Assembly (NCBI GenBank): GCA_965228735.1
Contig: OZ245838.1
Coordinates: 3,232,001 to 3,296,000 of the forward strand
DNA length: 64,000 nt
Reading direction: 5' to 3'
From: Planctomycetota bacterium
GTDB lineage: Bacteria; Planctomycetota; UBA1135; UBA2386
Shown: piece by piece, positions 1-8,255 of the stretch
How the letters are laid out: every line of letters begins with the position of its first letter
How positions within the stretch are numbered: position 1 is the first letter of the stretch
Position numbers and translations under genes: made by a program
Notes under the pieces: model-generated
What the model was told of the DNA's origin: nothing
The model's database searches: none
The model's input: only the letters and a program-made list of their open reading frames with translations

Positions 1-76
1 TGCGTCACCGCCCTTCGTTACGTACCGACCGCTGCCGCCCGACGGCTCATCGCCGTTGCGGTATCCTGGGCATCCT

Positions 77-1210
77 ATGCGCCCGGCCAGTCGACTCGTT
101 CTCGGTTGCCTGTTCGCGATCCCGGCCACGGCGCAGGGCGAGGCCGACGCAGCGCTGCGCGACCTCCGGTCGGAGAACGTCGAGACCCGGTTGGCGGCGC
201 TCCTGCGATTGCGGGAGGTCGAACCGACGCGCGCGGTGCAGGAGGCCGTCGTGGCCGCGATCCCCGACGACGATCCGGTCGTGCGGGCCCGCGCCATCGC
301 CACGCTCGTGCATCTGCGGCCGGATCTGAAACCGGCGCAGAAGGCCCTGCGCCAGAGTGCCCCGTCGCCGCAGATCCAACTCGCGCTCGGGCGCAGAGGC
401 CGGTGGATCCTGCCTGCCGTGGGCGACCCGCGGCGCGCCCAGGACCTCGGATCGGCGGACCCGCAGCTTCGGATTCGCGCGATCCAGGAAGTCTGTGCGA
501 TGGGCGAAGCCGCTGCCACGTTCCGCGCGACCGTGCTGGCGCTGATCGACGACGAGAACGCGGACGTTCGGGCAGCCGTCGCGCGCAGCATGGCCAATCT
601 CGCATGGGACGCCGAGGTGCGCCGCCGCGTTGCCGCCGCGCTCAAGGACCCGGCAGCGGCGGTGCGCGGCGCGGCCGCGGAAGGGCTGCGGATCAAGACG
701 ATCGATCGAGAGAGCGTCAGCGCGCTCCGGGGCGCGATCCAGGACCCCGACGTCGACGTCCGCCGGCAGGTGCTGCAAAGTCTCGGCGAGAGCACGGACG
801 GGGCGGCCGCCGCCGACATCGTCGCCTCGCTGCGGGACCGCGAAGCGAAGGTGCGCGTCGCCGCTCTCGACGCGTTGCGCACCACGAAGCTGCGCACCGA
901 CCGCGCACCGCGCGAGATCATCCGCTGCCTCGCCGATCCCGATCGCAAGGTGCTGCTCGCGGCGCTGCGAGCGACGGGCGCCCTCGGACCCGACGGGGCC
1001 GCCGCCGCGGCACGGGTGCTGGAGCTGACCCGCCACGCCCGCGACGACGTCCGCGGCCGGGCGATCGAGGCGCTCTGGCCGATCACGGCCGAGTCCCGTC
1101 CGGGTTTCGGGCCGCTGCGCGCGGTCGAGATGACCGTCGAAGAGGGCAAGGAGTCGAAGGAGCGCGCCGCGGCCGTCATCCGTGCGTTCCTCTGGCCCGC
1201 GGACGGCTGA
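77..1210 (+). CDS. Secreted HEAT/PBS-lyase repeat protein
   Basis: Signal peptide ending ATA-Q; repeated D-x-D-x-x-VR-x-x-A helical motifs (DDDPVVRARAI, DENADVRAAVA, DPAAAVRGAAA, DPDVDVRRQVL); ATG at 77 preferred over TTG at 56. Confidence 0.8.
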   Translation: MRPASRLVLGCLFAIPATAQGEADAALRDLRSENVETRLAALLRLREVEPTRAVQEAVVAAIPDDDPVVRARAIATLVHLRPDLKPAQKALRQSAPSPQIQLALGRRGRWILPAVGDPRRAQDLGSADPQLRIRAIQEVCAMGEAAATFRATVLALIDDENADVRAAVARSMANLAWDAEVRRRVAAALKDPAAAVRGAAAEGLRIKTIDRESVSALRGAIQDPDVDVRRQVLQSLGESTDGAAAADIVASLRDREAKVRVAALDALRTTKLRTDRAPREIIRCLADPDRKVLLAALRATGALGPDGAAAAARVLELTRHARDDVRGRAIEALWPITAESRPGFGPLRAVEMTVEEGKESKERAAAVIRAFLWPADG

Positions 1211-1271
1211 TCTCCTGTCCGGAATCGCCTGAATCCAGTCGGATCCGGTCCGACCGCGACACTGCCTCGCC

Positions 1272-3605
1272 ATGAAGTCACTCGCGCTCGGTCTGGTTCC
1301 CGGCTCGCTGCTCCTCGTGGCCGGTCTGTCCGCCCAAGGCCTCCCCGAATCGATCCAGTCCGACCTGCAGCCGGCCACGTCGGCCTTGCCGCGCGTGCCG
1401 ATCCACACGGCGGCTCCCGAGGGCGTCACGGCCTACGGCACCTGGGCTGCCGGCGACGCCTACAAGTGCTCGTTCCACGACGGCATGACGTTCGTGCCCT
1501 ACCTCGGCGACTACCCGCAGAACCAGCCGTGGTCGTGGCGGACGACTTCGGTCCGCGCCGGCGAGGTCGAGCTGCTCGCCGCGAACGAGGACGGCCCGCT
1601 GCCGGCCGCGCACTGGCACGACGAATGGCGCTACGAGTATCGCATGGGTGCGTTCACCGAAGCCTACGACGTGCTGCACGAGGGTCTGGAGCAGACGTTC
1701 GTCGTCACCCAGCTGCCGGCCGCCGGCGACCTCGTCGTGCGCGGCGCGGTGACGTCGGATCTCTCGACGCGGGACGCGGCCGCGGCGCAACAAGAACTGA
1801 CCTTCGCCGATCGCGACGGGCTCGCGATCCTGCGCTACGGCCAGGCGCTCGCGTTCGACGCGGCCGGCAACACGACGCCGGTGACGACAGCGTTCGCCGG
1901 CGGCGAGATCACGCTGACCGTCCCCGGCGCCTGGCTCGCGCACGCGACGCTGCCGGTGACGGTCGACCCGTTGCTGACCCCCGCGATCGTCGGCTCGGCG
2001 CTCGCGAAGATCACGGACATCGGGCACGACGACCGCGCCACGACGAAGAACGTGATGTACGCGATCACGATGCGGGTCTCCAACTTCGACGACGACGTGC
2101 GGGCCTACCTGTCCGACCACGACCACACGAACAGCAACTCGGTGTTCGCGGACATCACGTCGGGGTGGGACAGTGACGACGCCTCCTGCGCGTTCGTCGG
2201 TGGCACGGATCGCTGGGTCATCGCGCTGCGCCGCTACTTCCCGACGTGGGGCATCCGCCGCAGCCACCTGCGGGCGCACCTGCACGACAGCGCCGACCCC
2301 CAGTTCCTCACGAACGTGATCTACATGAGCACGCCGACCGGTCACAACGACTGGCGCCCGGACGTCGGCGGCGTCGAGGGCAACGCGAGCGGCAACAACG
2401 CGCTCGTCGTGTTCCAGCGCGAGGACAACGCGATCTCGCCGTACACCGGCAACTTCCGCGACACGGATACGAGCGCGACGTGGGCCGTGCTGCTCGAGAC
2501 CGCGTCCCCGAGCGGCTCGTTCGGCACGCCGACGCGTTACCTGAGCGGACCATCGCAGGACGCGGAACGGCCGTCGGTCCAGCCGATGGCCGAGGGTGGC
2601 TCGCAGTTCTTCTGGGTCGTCGGCGCGCAGCATTACGCCAGCTTCCTGCCGGACGACGACTGGGACGTGTTCGTCGCGCGCATCGACCAATCGGGCAACC
2701 TGCTGCCGGGCTACTGGAAGCCCGAGATGCACGCCGCCGACACGCACCACCAGCTCGGCGTGCAGCTCGACGGCCAGGACGGACGCTACCTCGCGTGCTA
2801 CTCCACCGTGCAACGGCCGACGACGCCCGCGAAGTACGGCAACGTGCGCGGGGAACGTCTCTGCGTCGAACGCTTCGACTGGAGTCAGAGTTCGTCGGCG
2901 ACGCCCGTGACCTACCCGATGGTCGAGATCGAGACCGCGAGCACGCCCGTGTTCGAACCGGGTGGGGTCGCGTTCGACAGCAACGATCGCTCGCACTTCG
3001 CCATCGGCTACCGCGACATGACAGCGACGCTGCGGGCGGTCAAGTACGCGCGCGTCGGCTACACCGGCAACGTCACCGAAGGCCCAGCGTTGCTCTTCGC
3101 AGCGGCCGGCATGACGCCGTCGAACGCGAGCTGCATCTACATCGGCGATCTTCGTCGCTTCGCGTTCTGCTACAGCGCGCCGCTCGCGACGCCGCGGATC
3201 TACGGCCGTTCGCTCGCGGACGCCCCGGCGCCGCCGGTCAGCGCGACCGGCTTCGGCTGCAGCCCGGCCACCATCAGCTGGAGCGGCCGCCGCCAGATCG
3301 GTTCGGAGTTCGAGACGATCCGCATCCAGGGCGCCGGCAACGGCGCGGGCAACTTCATGCTCGTGTCCCTCGCCAGCGCCGATCAGCTGATGATCTACCC
3401 GGGCGTCGCGAGCGGCTGCCGCCTGCTCGTCGACAACGGTCCGGCGTTCCTCGGAACGATGCCGTTCCGCGCCGGCAACAACGCGTCGTGGCGCTTCCCG
3501 CTGCCCGAATGGCTGCCGACCACGACGCTCTACTTCCAGGACTGGATCCTCAGCGGCCACTCGTTCGAGAGCTCGCGCCGGCTCGCGGTCACCGTCGTCA
3601 AGTAG
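1272..3605 (+). CDS. Large secreted beta-rich protein with shared C-terminal domain
   Basis: 777-aa ORF; signal peptide ending LSA-Q; N-terminal domain ending VTVDP; C-terminus GFGC...GC...LYFQDW...SSRRL. Confidence 0.8.
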   Translation: MKSLALGLVPGSLLLVAGLSAQGLPESIQSDLQPATSALPRVPIHTAAPEGVTAYGTWAAGDAYKCSFHDGMTFVPYLGDYPQNQPWSWRTTSVRAGEVELLAANEDGPLPAAHWHDEWRYEYRMGAFTEAYDVLHEGLEQTFVVTQLPAAGDLVVRGAVTSDLSTRDAAAAQQELTFADRDGLAILRYGQALAFDAAGNTTPVTTAFAGGEITLTVPGAWLAHATLPVTVDPLLTPAIVGSALAKITDIGHDDRATTKNVMYAITMRVSNFDDDVRAYLSDHDHTNSNSVFADITSGWDSDDASCAFVGGTDRWVIALRRYFPTWGIRRSHLRAHLHDSADPQFLTNVIYMSTPTGHNDWRPDVGGVEGNASGNNALVVFQREDNAISPYTGNFRDTDTSATWAVLLETASPSGSFGTPTRYLSGPSQDAERPSVQPMAEGGSQFFWVVGAQHYASFLPDDDWDVFVARIDQSGNLLPGYWKPEMHAADTHHQLGVQLDGQDGRYLACYSTVQRPTTPAKYGNVRGERLCVERFDWSQSSSATPVTYPMVEIETASTPVFEPGGVAFDSNDRSHFAIGYRDMTATLRAVKYARVGYTGNVTEGPALLFAAAGMTPSNASCIYIGDLRRFAFCYSAPLATPRIYGRSLADAPAPPVSATGFGCSPATISWSGRRQIGSEFETIRIQGAGNGAGNFMLVSLASADQLMIYPGVASGCRLLVDNGPAFLGTMPFRAGNNASWRFPLPEWLPTTTLYFQDWILSGHSFESSRRLAVTVVK

Positions 3606-3677
3606 GGCGACGAGGCAGCGGGTTCGGTGAGGGATTTCGTGGTGGGGAACGGGCAGCCGATCCCGTTCCCTGCCGAC

Positions 3678-4700
3678 ATGAGACGAATGCTCGGATCCCC
3701 CGGCCGGACGGAGCGGCGGCTCGCCATCGCGCTGGTTGCCGGCCTCGCCGTCACGTTGCCGGCCGAACGCGGCCGCACGCAGGGGCCGCCGCGCCCCGGT
3801 GTCACGGCGGACTGGGGGCAGATCGAGCGCCGGATCGCCTGGCACGGTACGTGGGCGGGCGCGCTCGAGGCCGCCGCCGCGACGAAGCGCCCGATCCTGC
3901 TGGTCGCCGCCGCGCCGCACTGCGGACTCGTGCCGGGGATGTGGTGACCCGGCAAGCAGGAGATGGACAGGAGTTACCTGTCCGACCCCGCGGTCGTCGC
4001 CGTGTCGCGTGATTTCGTCTGCGTGAGGCTGCTGACCTACGAGAACGCAGCCGAAGCCGAGATGTTGCAGCAGGTGTTCCGCGGCCGCGACGGCCTCGAG
4101 AACTCCGTGTTCGCGCTGCTCGACCCCGAGGGCCGGCGGCCGCTCGCGCGCACGGGTCGCAGCCCGTCGTTCGCGTTCCGCGATGCCGCGGCGTTGGCCG
4201 TGAAGATGGGTGGAATCGCCGAGCGCTACCCGGGCCGCAGGAACGCGAACGAGCAGCTCGACCTGCCGCTGCTAGTCGACGTGCGCCGCGCGCTCAACGT
4301 CGCGGCCGCGGATCAGCAACAGCTGATCATCGTCTGCGGCCAGGGCAAGGCGCGCGATCAGCTCCAGTCCGAACTGAGCCGACTGGCGTGGTCCGACGAC
4401 CTCGTCGGCCGCTTTCTCTACGTCGCCGCGAGCGACCGGACCGACTGGGACACGATCCGGGGCAGCGCGGATCGCCCGGAGTCCGGGCTGCTGGTCGTGC
4501 AGGCCGGCGAGTTCGGCACGACGGGCCGCGTCGTCGCCACGTTCGCCGGGGTGCCGAGCCAGCAGGAACTGCTCGCGGTGCACGACGAGCGCGAGGCCAA
4601 GGCCATCGACACCCAGCAGCTGCGGCGCCGCGGCATCCGCCGGGGTCTGCGCTGGCAGACCGAGATTCCGGTCACGGACCGCGGCGGCCGGCGCCCCTGA
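3678..4700 (+). CDS. Thioredoxin-fold protein, probable selenoprotein (in-frame TGA at 3945-3947 read as Sec)
   Basis: ORFs 3627-3947 and 3963-4700 are in the same frame, separated only by TGA + CCC GGC AAG CAG GAG; the joined sequence IAWHGTWAGALEAAAATKRPILLV...HCGLVPGMW-U-PGKQEMDRSYLSDPAVVAVSRDFVCVRL reads as one Trx-like domain; hairpin downstream of TGA. Confidence 0.8.
3965..3983 (+). promoter_or_regulatory. Candidate bacterial SECIS hairpin
   Basis: GGACAGG-AGTTA-CCTGTCC: perfect 7-bp stem with a G-containing 5-nt loop, starting 17 nt after the in-frame TGA. Confidence 0.7.
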
Positions 4701-4834
4701 GGCACCCGCCCATTCGCCCGTCCGGGCCGTGCCAGGGCCGCCCGAAGGCCGGAACGGGGTCCGGGCGAAATCCGCTAGGATTTCGTGTCGCCGCCGGTCG
4801 ACCCGCGACATGGGTCTGAGCCGCCGGCCCACCC

Positions 4835-7531
4835 GTGAGCAGCTCCTCCGAATCCAGCCCCTCGACCGTCGCGATCGAGTTCCTCACCGTGTTCCTGCAG
4901 GACCGGGAGGACGGCAGGAAGCGCACGCTCGAGGAGTACCAGGCGATGTTTCCGCACGCCGAGGCGGTCATCGCCCGGGAGTACGACGCCGTCATGGCAC
5001 CGGGCGCGGCGACGCGGGACGCCGCCCTCGAGGCCGTCTCCCGGGCCGATCGCTACGAGGAGATCGAGGTCGTCGCGCGCGGCGGCATGGGGACGGTGCA
5101 CCGGGTGCGCGATTCGGCGCTCGGCCGACTCGTCGCGATGAAGCTGCTCGGCGACGGCAAGGGCAGCACGACGCTGCCGGCTCCCGAAGCGCTGTCCCGC
5201 TTCCTCCACGAGGCCCGCATCACGGCGCGCCTCCAGCACCCGAGCATCGTGCCCGTTCTCGACCTCGGCGTGGACGCGCAGCAGCGGCCCTACTACACGA
5301 TGCCGCTGATCGCCGGCGAGAACCTCGCGGCCTGGATCCGGGGCAACGACGTCGCCGACCCGCGCTGCCTCGCGCGCGGCGTCGCCATCCTCGAACGCGT
5401 GAGCGACGCGATGGCGCACGCCCATTCCAGGCACGTGATCCATCGGGATCTCAAGCCGGCGAACGTGATGCTCGACCACGACGGCGCGGTCTACGTCGTC
5501 GACTGGGGCGTCGCGCGGGCGCGTGACGACGAGCACGAAGCGGTCCACCCCGATCGCGCCGGAACCAACGGACGGGTCGATGCCTCGCGGCAACGATCGA
5601 CGGGGTCGGCGATCTTCGCGGGCGTCCGCACCCAGGCCGGCGACGTCGTCGGCACCCCGGCCTACATGGCGCCGGAGCAGGCGCGGGGCGAAGCCGTCGA
5701 CGAACGCAGCGACGTCTACGCGCTCGGCGCGATCCTCTATCACCTGCTGACGCGACGCCCGCCGTACGCCGGGCAGGCCGACACCGCGACGCCCGAACTC
5801 GTGCGCCAGGGCCCACCGACCGCGCTCGCGATCTGCGCGCGTACCGCGCCGCCGGCGCTCGCGGCGATCTGTGAACGTGCCATGGCGCGAACGGCGGCGG
5901 ACCGGTATCCGACGGCGCGGGAGTTCGCGGCCGAGCTGCGCGCGTTCCTCGACAATCGCGTCGTGCAGGCCTACGCGACGGGGCCCGTCGCCGAGCTCTT
6001 CACGTGGACCCGGCGCAACCGCGGCCTCGCGGCCGCGAGCCTGCTCACGGTTGCGGCCCTCGTCGCCGGCATTGGAGTGAGTCTGCAGCAGAAGTTCGCG
6101 GCCGACGCGAACGCGAACCTCGCGGAGCAGAACCTCGAGATGGCGTTCGCCGCGGCCGAGGGCCTACTCGTCGAGTTCGGTGAGCACACCCTGGCGAACG
6201 ATCCCGCTGCCGACCCGCTCCGTCGGGCGCTCGCCGACCGCGCGCTCGCGTACTACCGGCGCTTCACGGAGCTGCGCGGCGATGACCCGCGCGTGCACGA
6301 GCTCGTCGCACGATCGCACTTCCGAATCGGCCTGCTCGAGGCCCGGCTCGGCCAGAACGAGCGCTCCACAGCGGCGCTCGAGCGGGCGCACGAGGCCTAC
6401 AGCGCACTCGCGCGCGCATTGCCGGACGTGCCGGCCATCCGCAACTGGCTCGCCAGGGTCGAGACCGAACAGCAGATCCACACGCTGCGCCGCGGCGCGT
6501 TGGACGAGGCCGCCGCGGGCTTCCGCGCGATCATCGGCCGGGCCGAGGAAGCGCTCGCCGCGATCCCGGCGACGGCGGATCGGGAGGAGACCGAGATCGA
6601 GCTGCTGCACACGATCGCGTGCGCGAAACACAACCTCGGACTCGCGCTCATTCGGAAGCGCCAACCCGAGGCGGCGCTTTCGGTGGCGAAGGAGAAGGTC
6701 GCGATCGGGCAACGGCTCGTGGCCAGGCAGCCGGACAGTCCGCTCGCGCAACACCGTCTCGCGACCGGCCAGCTGCAGGTCGCGTCCGTTCTGCGCGACC
6801 TCGAGCGTTTCGAGTCCGCGGACGCGGTGCTCGCCGCAGCGTCGAAGCGCATCGGTCCGATCGTCGAGGCGATCGACAACCGCGGCCTGCGGACCGTGCT
6901 GGCCGAGATCGAGAACCTGCGCGGCACGATCCTGCGGCAACTGCGACGCCCGACGGATGCGATCGCGGCGTTCGAACGCGCGATCGCGGTGCAGCAACGC
7001 CTCGTCGCCGCGAATCCGAACGTGCTGGACCACCAGACCCACCTCGCGGGCTCGTTGTGCAACCTCGGAGTGATGCGGCTCGGCCGCCGACAGATCGAGG
7101 AGGCGCACGACCTGATGCAACGGGCGCTCGAACACATCCGGCGCGCGCTGGCGATCGACCCGAACGCGCCGGTCGCGCGCGACTACCGCCGCATCATCGC
7201 GCGCGAGTTCAACAACGTCGGCTTCGCCCTGGCGCTCTACGACGACATCGCGCGCCAGACGCTCGAGTTCGTGGGCGAGCAGCCGGACGAACACGACTGG
7301 TTCGCGGCCTACGCGCTCGCCGGCTGCACGACGCTGGCGGCGCGCGACGCGACCCTGTCCGATGCGGAGCGCTCCGAGAAGGTCGGCACCTACGGCGACG
7401 CCACGATGCGTCATCTCGAGGCCGCGAAGGCGAGCAACACGCTGCAGCCAGGACGGCTCGGCCACGAGACGTTCGCCGGGCTGCGCGACCGCGAGGACTT
7501 CCTCGAGTTCCTGGCCGAACTCGGCCGGTAG
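4835..7531 (+). CDS. Membrane Ser/Thr protein kinase with C-terminal TPR region
   Basis: ARGGMG, VAMK, HRDLKPAN, DWG, GTPAYMAPEQ, SDVYALG motifs; TM segment; TPR-like helices. Confidence 0.93.
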   Translation: MSSSSESSPSTVAIEFLTVFLQDREDGRKRTLEEYQAMFPHAEAVIAREYDAVMAPGAATRDAALEAVSRADRYEEIEVVARGGMGTVHRVRDSALGRLVAMKLLGDGKGSTTLPAPEALSRFLHEARITARLQHPSIVPVLDLGVDAQQRPYYTMPLIAGENLAAWIRGNDVADPRCLARGVAILERVSDAMAHAHSRHVIHRDLKPANVMLDHDGAVYVVDWGVARARDDEHEAVHPDRAGTNGRVDASRQRSTGSAIFAGVRTQAGDVVGTPAYMAPEQARGEAVDERSDVYALGAILYHLLTRRPPYAGQADTATPELVRQGPPTALAICARTAPPALAAICERAMARTAADRYPTAREFAAELRAFLDNRVVQAYATGPVAELFTWTRRNRGLAAASLLTVAALVAGIGVSLQQKFAADANANLAEQNLEMAFAAAEGLLVEFGEHTLANDPAADPLRRALADRALAYYRRFTELRGDDPRVHELVARSHFRIGLLEARLGQNERSTAALERAHEAYSALARALPDVPAIRNWLARVETEQQIHTLRRGALDEAAAGFRAIIGRAEEALAAIPATADREETEIELLHTIACAKHNLGLALIRKRQPEAALSVAKEKVAIGQRLVARQPDSPLAQHRLATGQLQVASVLRDLERFESADAVLAAASKRIGPIVEAIDNRGLRTVLAEIENLRGTILRQLRRPTDAIAAFERAIAVQQRLVAANPNVLDHQTHLAGSLCNLGVMRLGRRQIEEAHDLMQRALEHIRRALAIDPNAPVARDYRRIIAREFNNVGFALALYDDIARQTLEFVGEQPDEHDWFAAYALAGCTTLAARDATLSDAERSEKVGTYGDATMRHLEAAKASNTLQPGRLGHETFAGLRDREDFLEFLAELGR

Positions 7532-7543
7532 CAGGAGTCACCG

Positions 7544-8212
7544 ATGGCAGAATCACACGATCCTCAGGTCAGCGGCACCGAGACCGGCAACGGATCGGCG
7601 ATGCCGTCCGACGAGATCACGAGCCTGCACGTTCGCCGCGCCGTCGACGGCAACCAGGCGAGCGTCTCGTGGCTCGTGGAGCGTCTCAATCCGCTCCTCC
7701 TGATGCAGGCGCGGTGGCGCATGCGCGGCCAGCTCGCCGGCATCTGCGAACCTGCCGATCTCGTGCAGGAGGCCTGGATCGTCCTGCTGCCGCGACTGCC
7801 CGAACTCGAGCACCGCGACGGCCGGCTGACGCCGGTGCTCCTGCGGTTCCTCACGTCGTCGATCGTTCGCAAGCTGCACAACCTGCTGCGGCGCGAAGCC
7901 CGCCGCCGGATCCACAACGGCAACGACGACGACAACCGCAGCGATCCCGACCCGATCCACCCCGCGACCGGCGTCGTCTCGGGCATCGTCCGAGGCGAAC
8001 GCCAATGCCAGGTCCGCGACGCGCTCGACCGCCTGACGGCCGACGACCGCGCCGCGATCGTGATGCGGGGCATCGAGCAGCAGGAACTCCCGAACGTGGC
8101 CGCCCACTTCGGAGTCACGGTCAAGGCGATGTCCAAGCGCTACACCCGCGCGCTCGCGCGGCTGCGCGAGCGCCTGCCCGAATCAGTCTTCGCCGAACTA
8201 GCGGACGAGTAA
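7544..8212 (+). CDS. ECF RNA polymerase sigma factor
   Basis: Region 2 (DLVQEAW) and region 4 (ALDRL...AIVMRGIEQ...VAAHFGVT...RAL); AGGAG RBS upstream. Confidence 0.85.
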   Translation: MAESHDPQVSGTETGNGSAMPSDEITSLHVRRAVDGNQASVSWLVERLNPLLLMQARWRMRGQLAGICEPADLVQEAWIVLLPRLPELEHRDGRLTPVLLRFLTSSIVRKLHNLLRREARRRIHNGNDDDNRSDPDPIHPATGVVSGIVRGERQCQVRDALDRLTADDRAAIVMRGIEQQELPNVAAHFGVTVKAMSKRYTRALARLRERLPESVFAELADE

Positions 8213-8218
8213 CCCCGA

Positions 8219-8251
8219 GGATGTTGGGTACGGTGCCAGGCACCAACATCC
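8219..8251. terminator. Hairpin between convergent genes (possible bidirectional terminator or REP-like)
   Basis: GGATGTTGG...CCAACATCC inverted repeat overlapping a GGTGCCAGGCACC palindrome. Confidence 0.45.
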
Positions 8252-8255
8252 GAGC

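Noticed and set aside
3945..3947. Alternative reading of the TGA as a nonsense mutation or as genome-wide UGA recoding
   Set aside because: TGA is a normal stop in many other genes here, and the active-site position plus the adjacent hairpin favour selenocysteine; a pseudogene cannot be fully excluded without finding the sel genes
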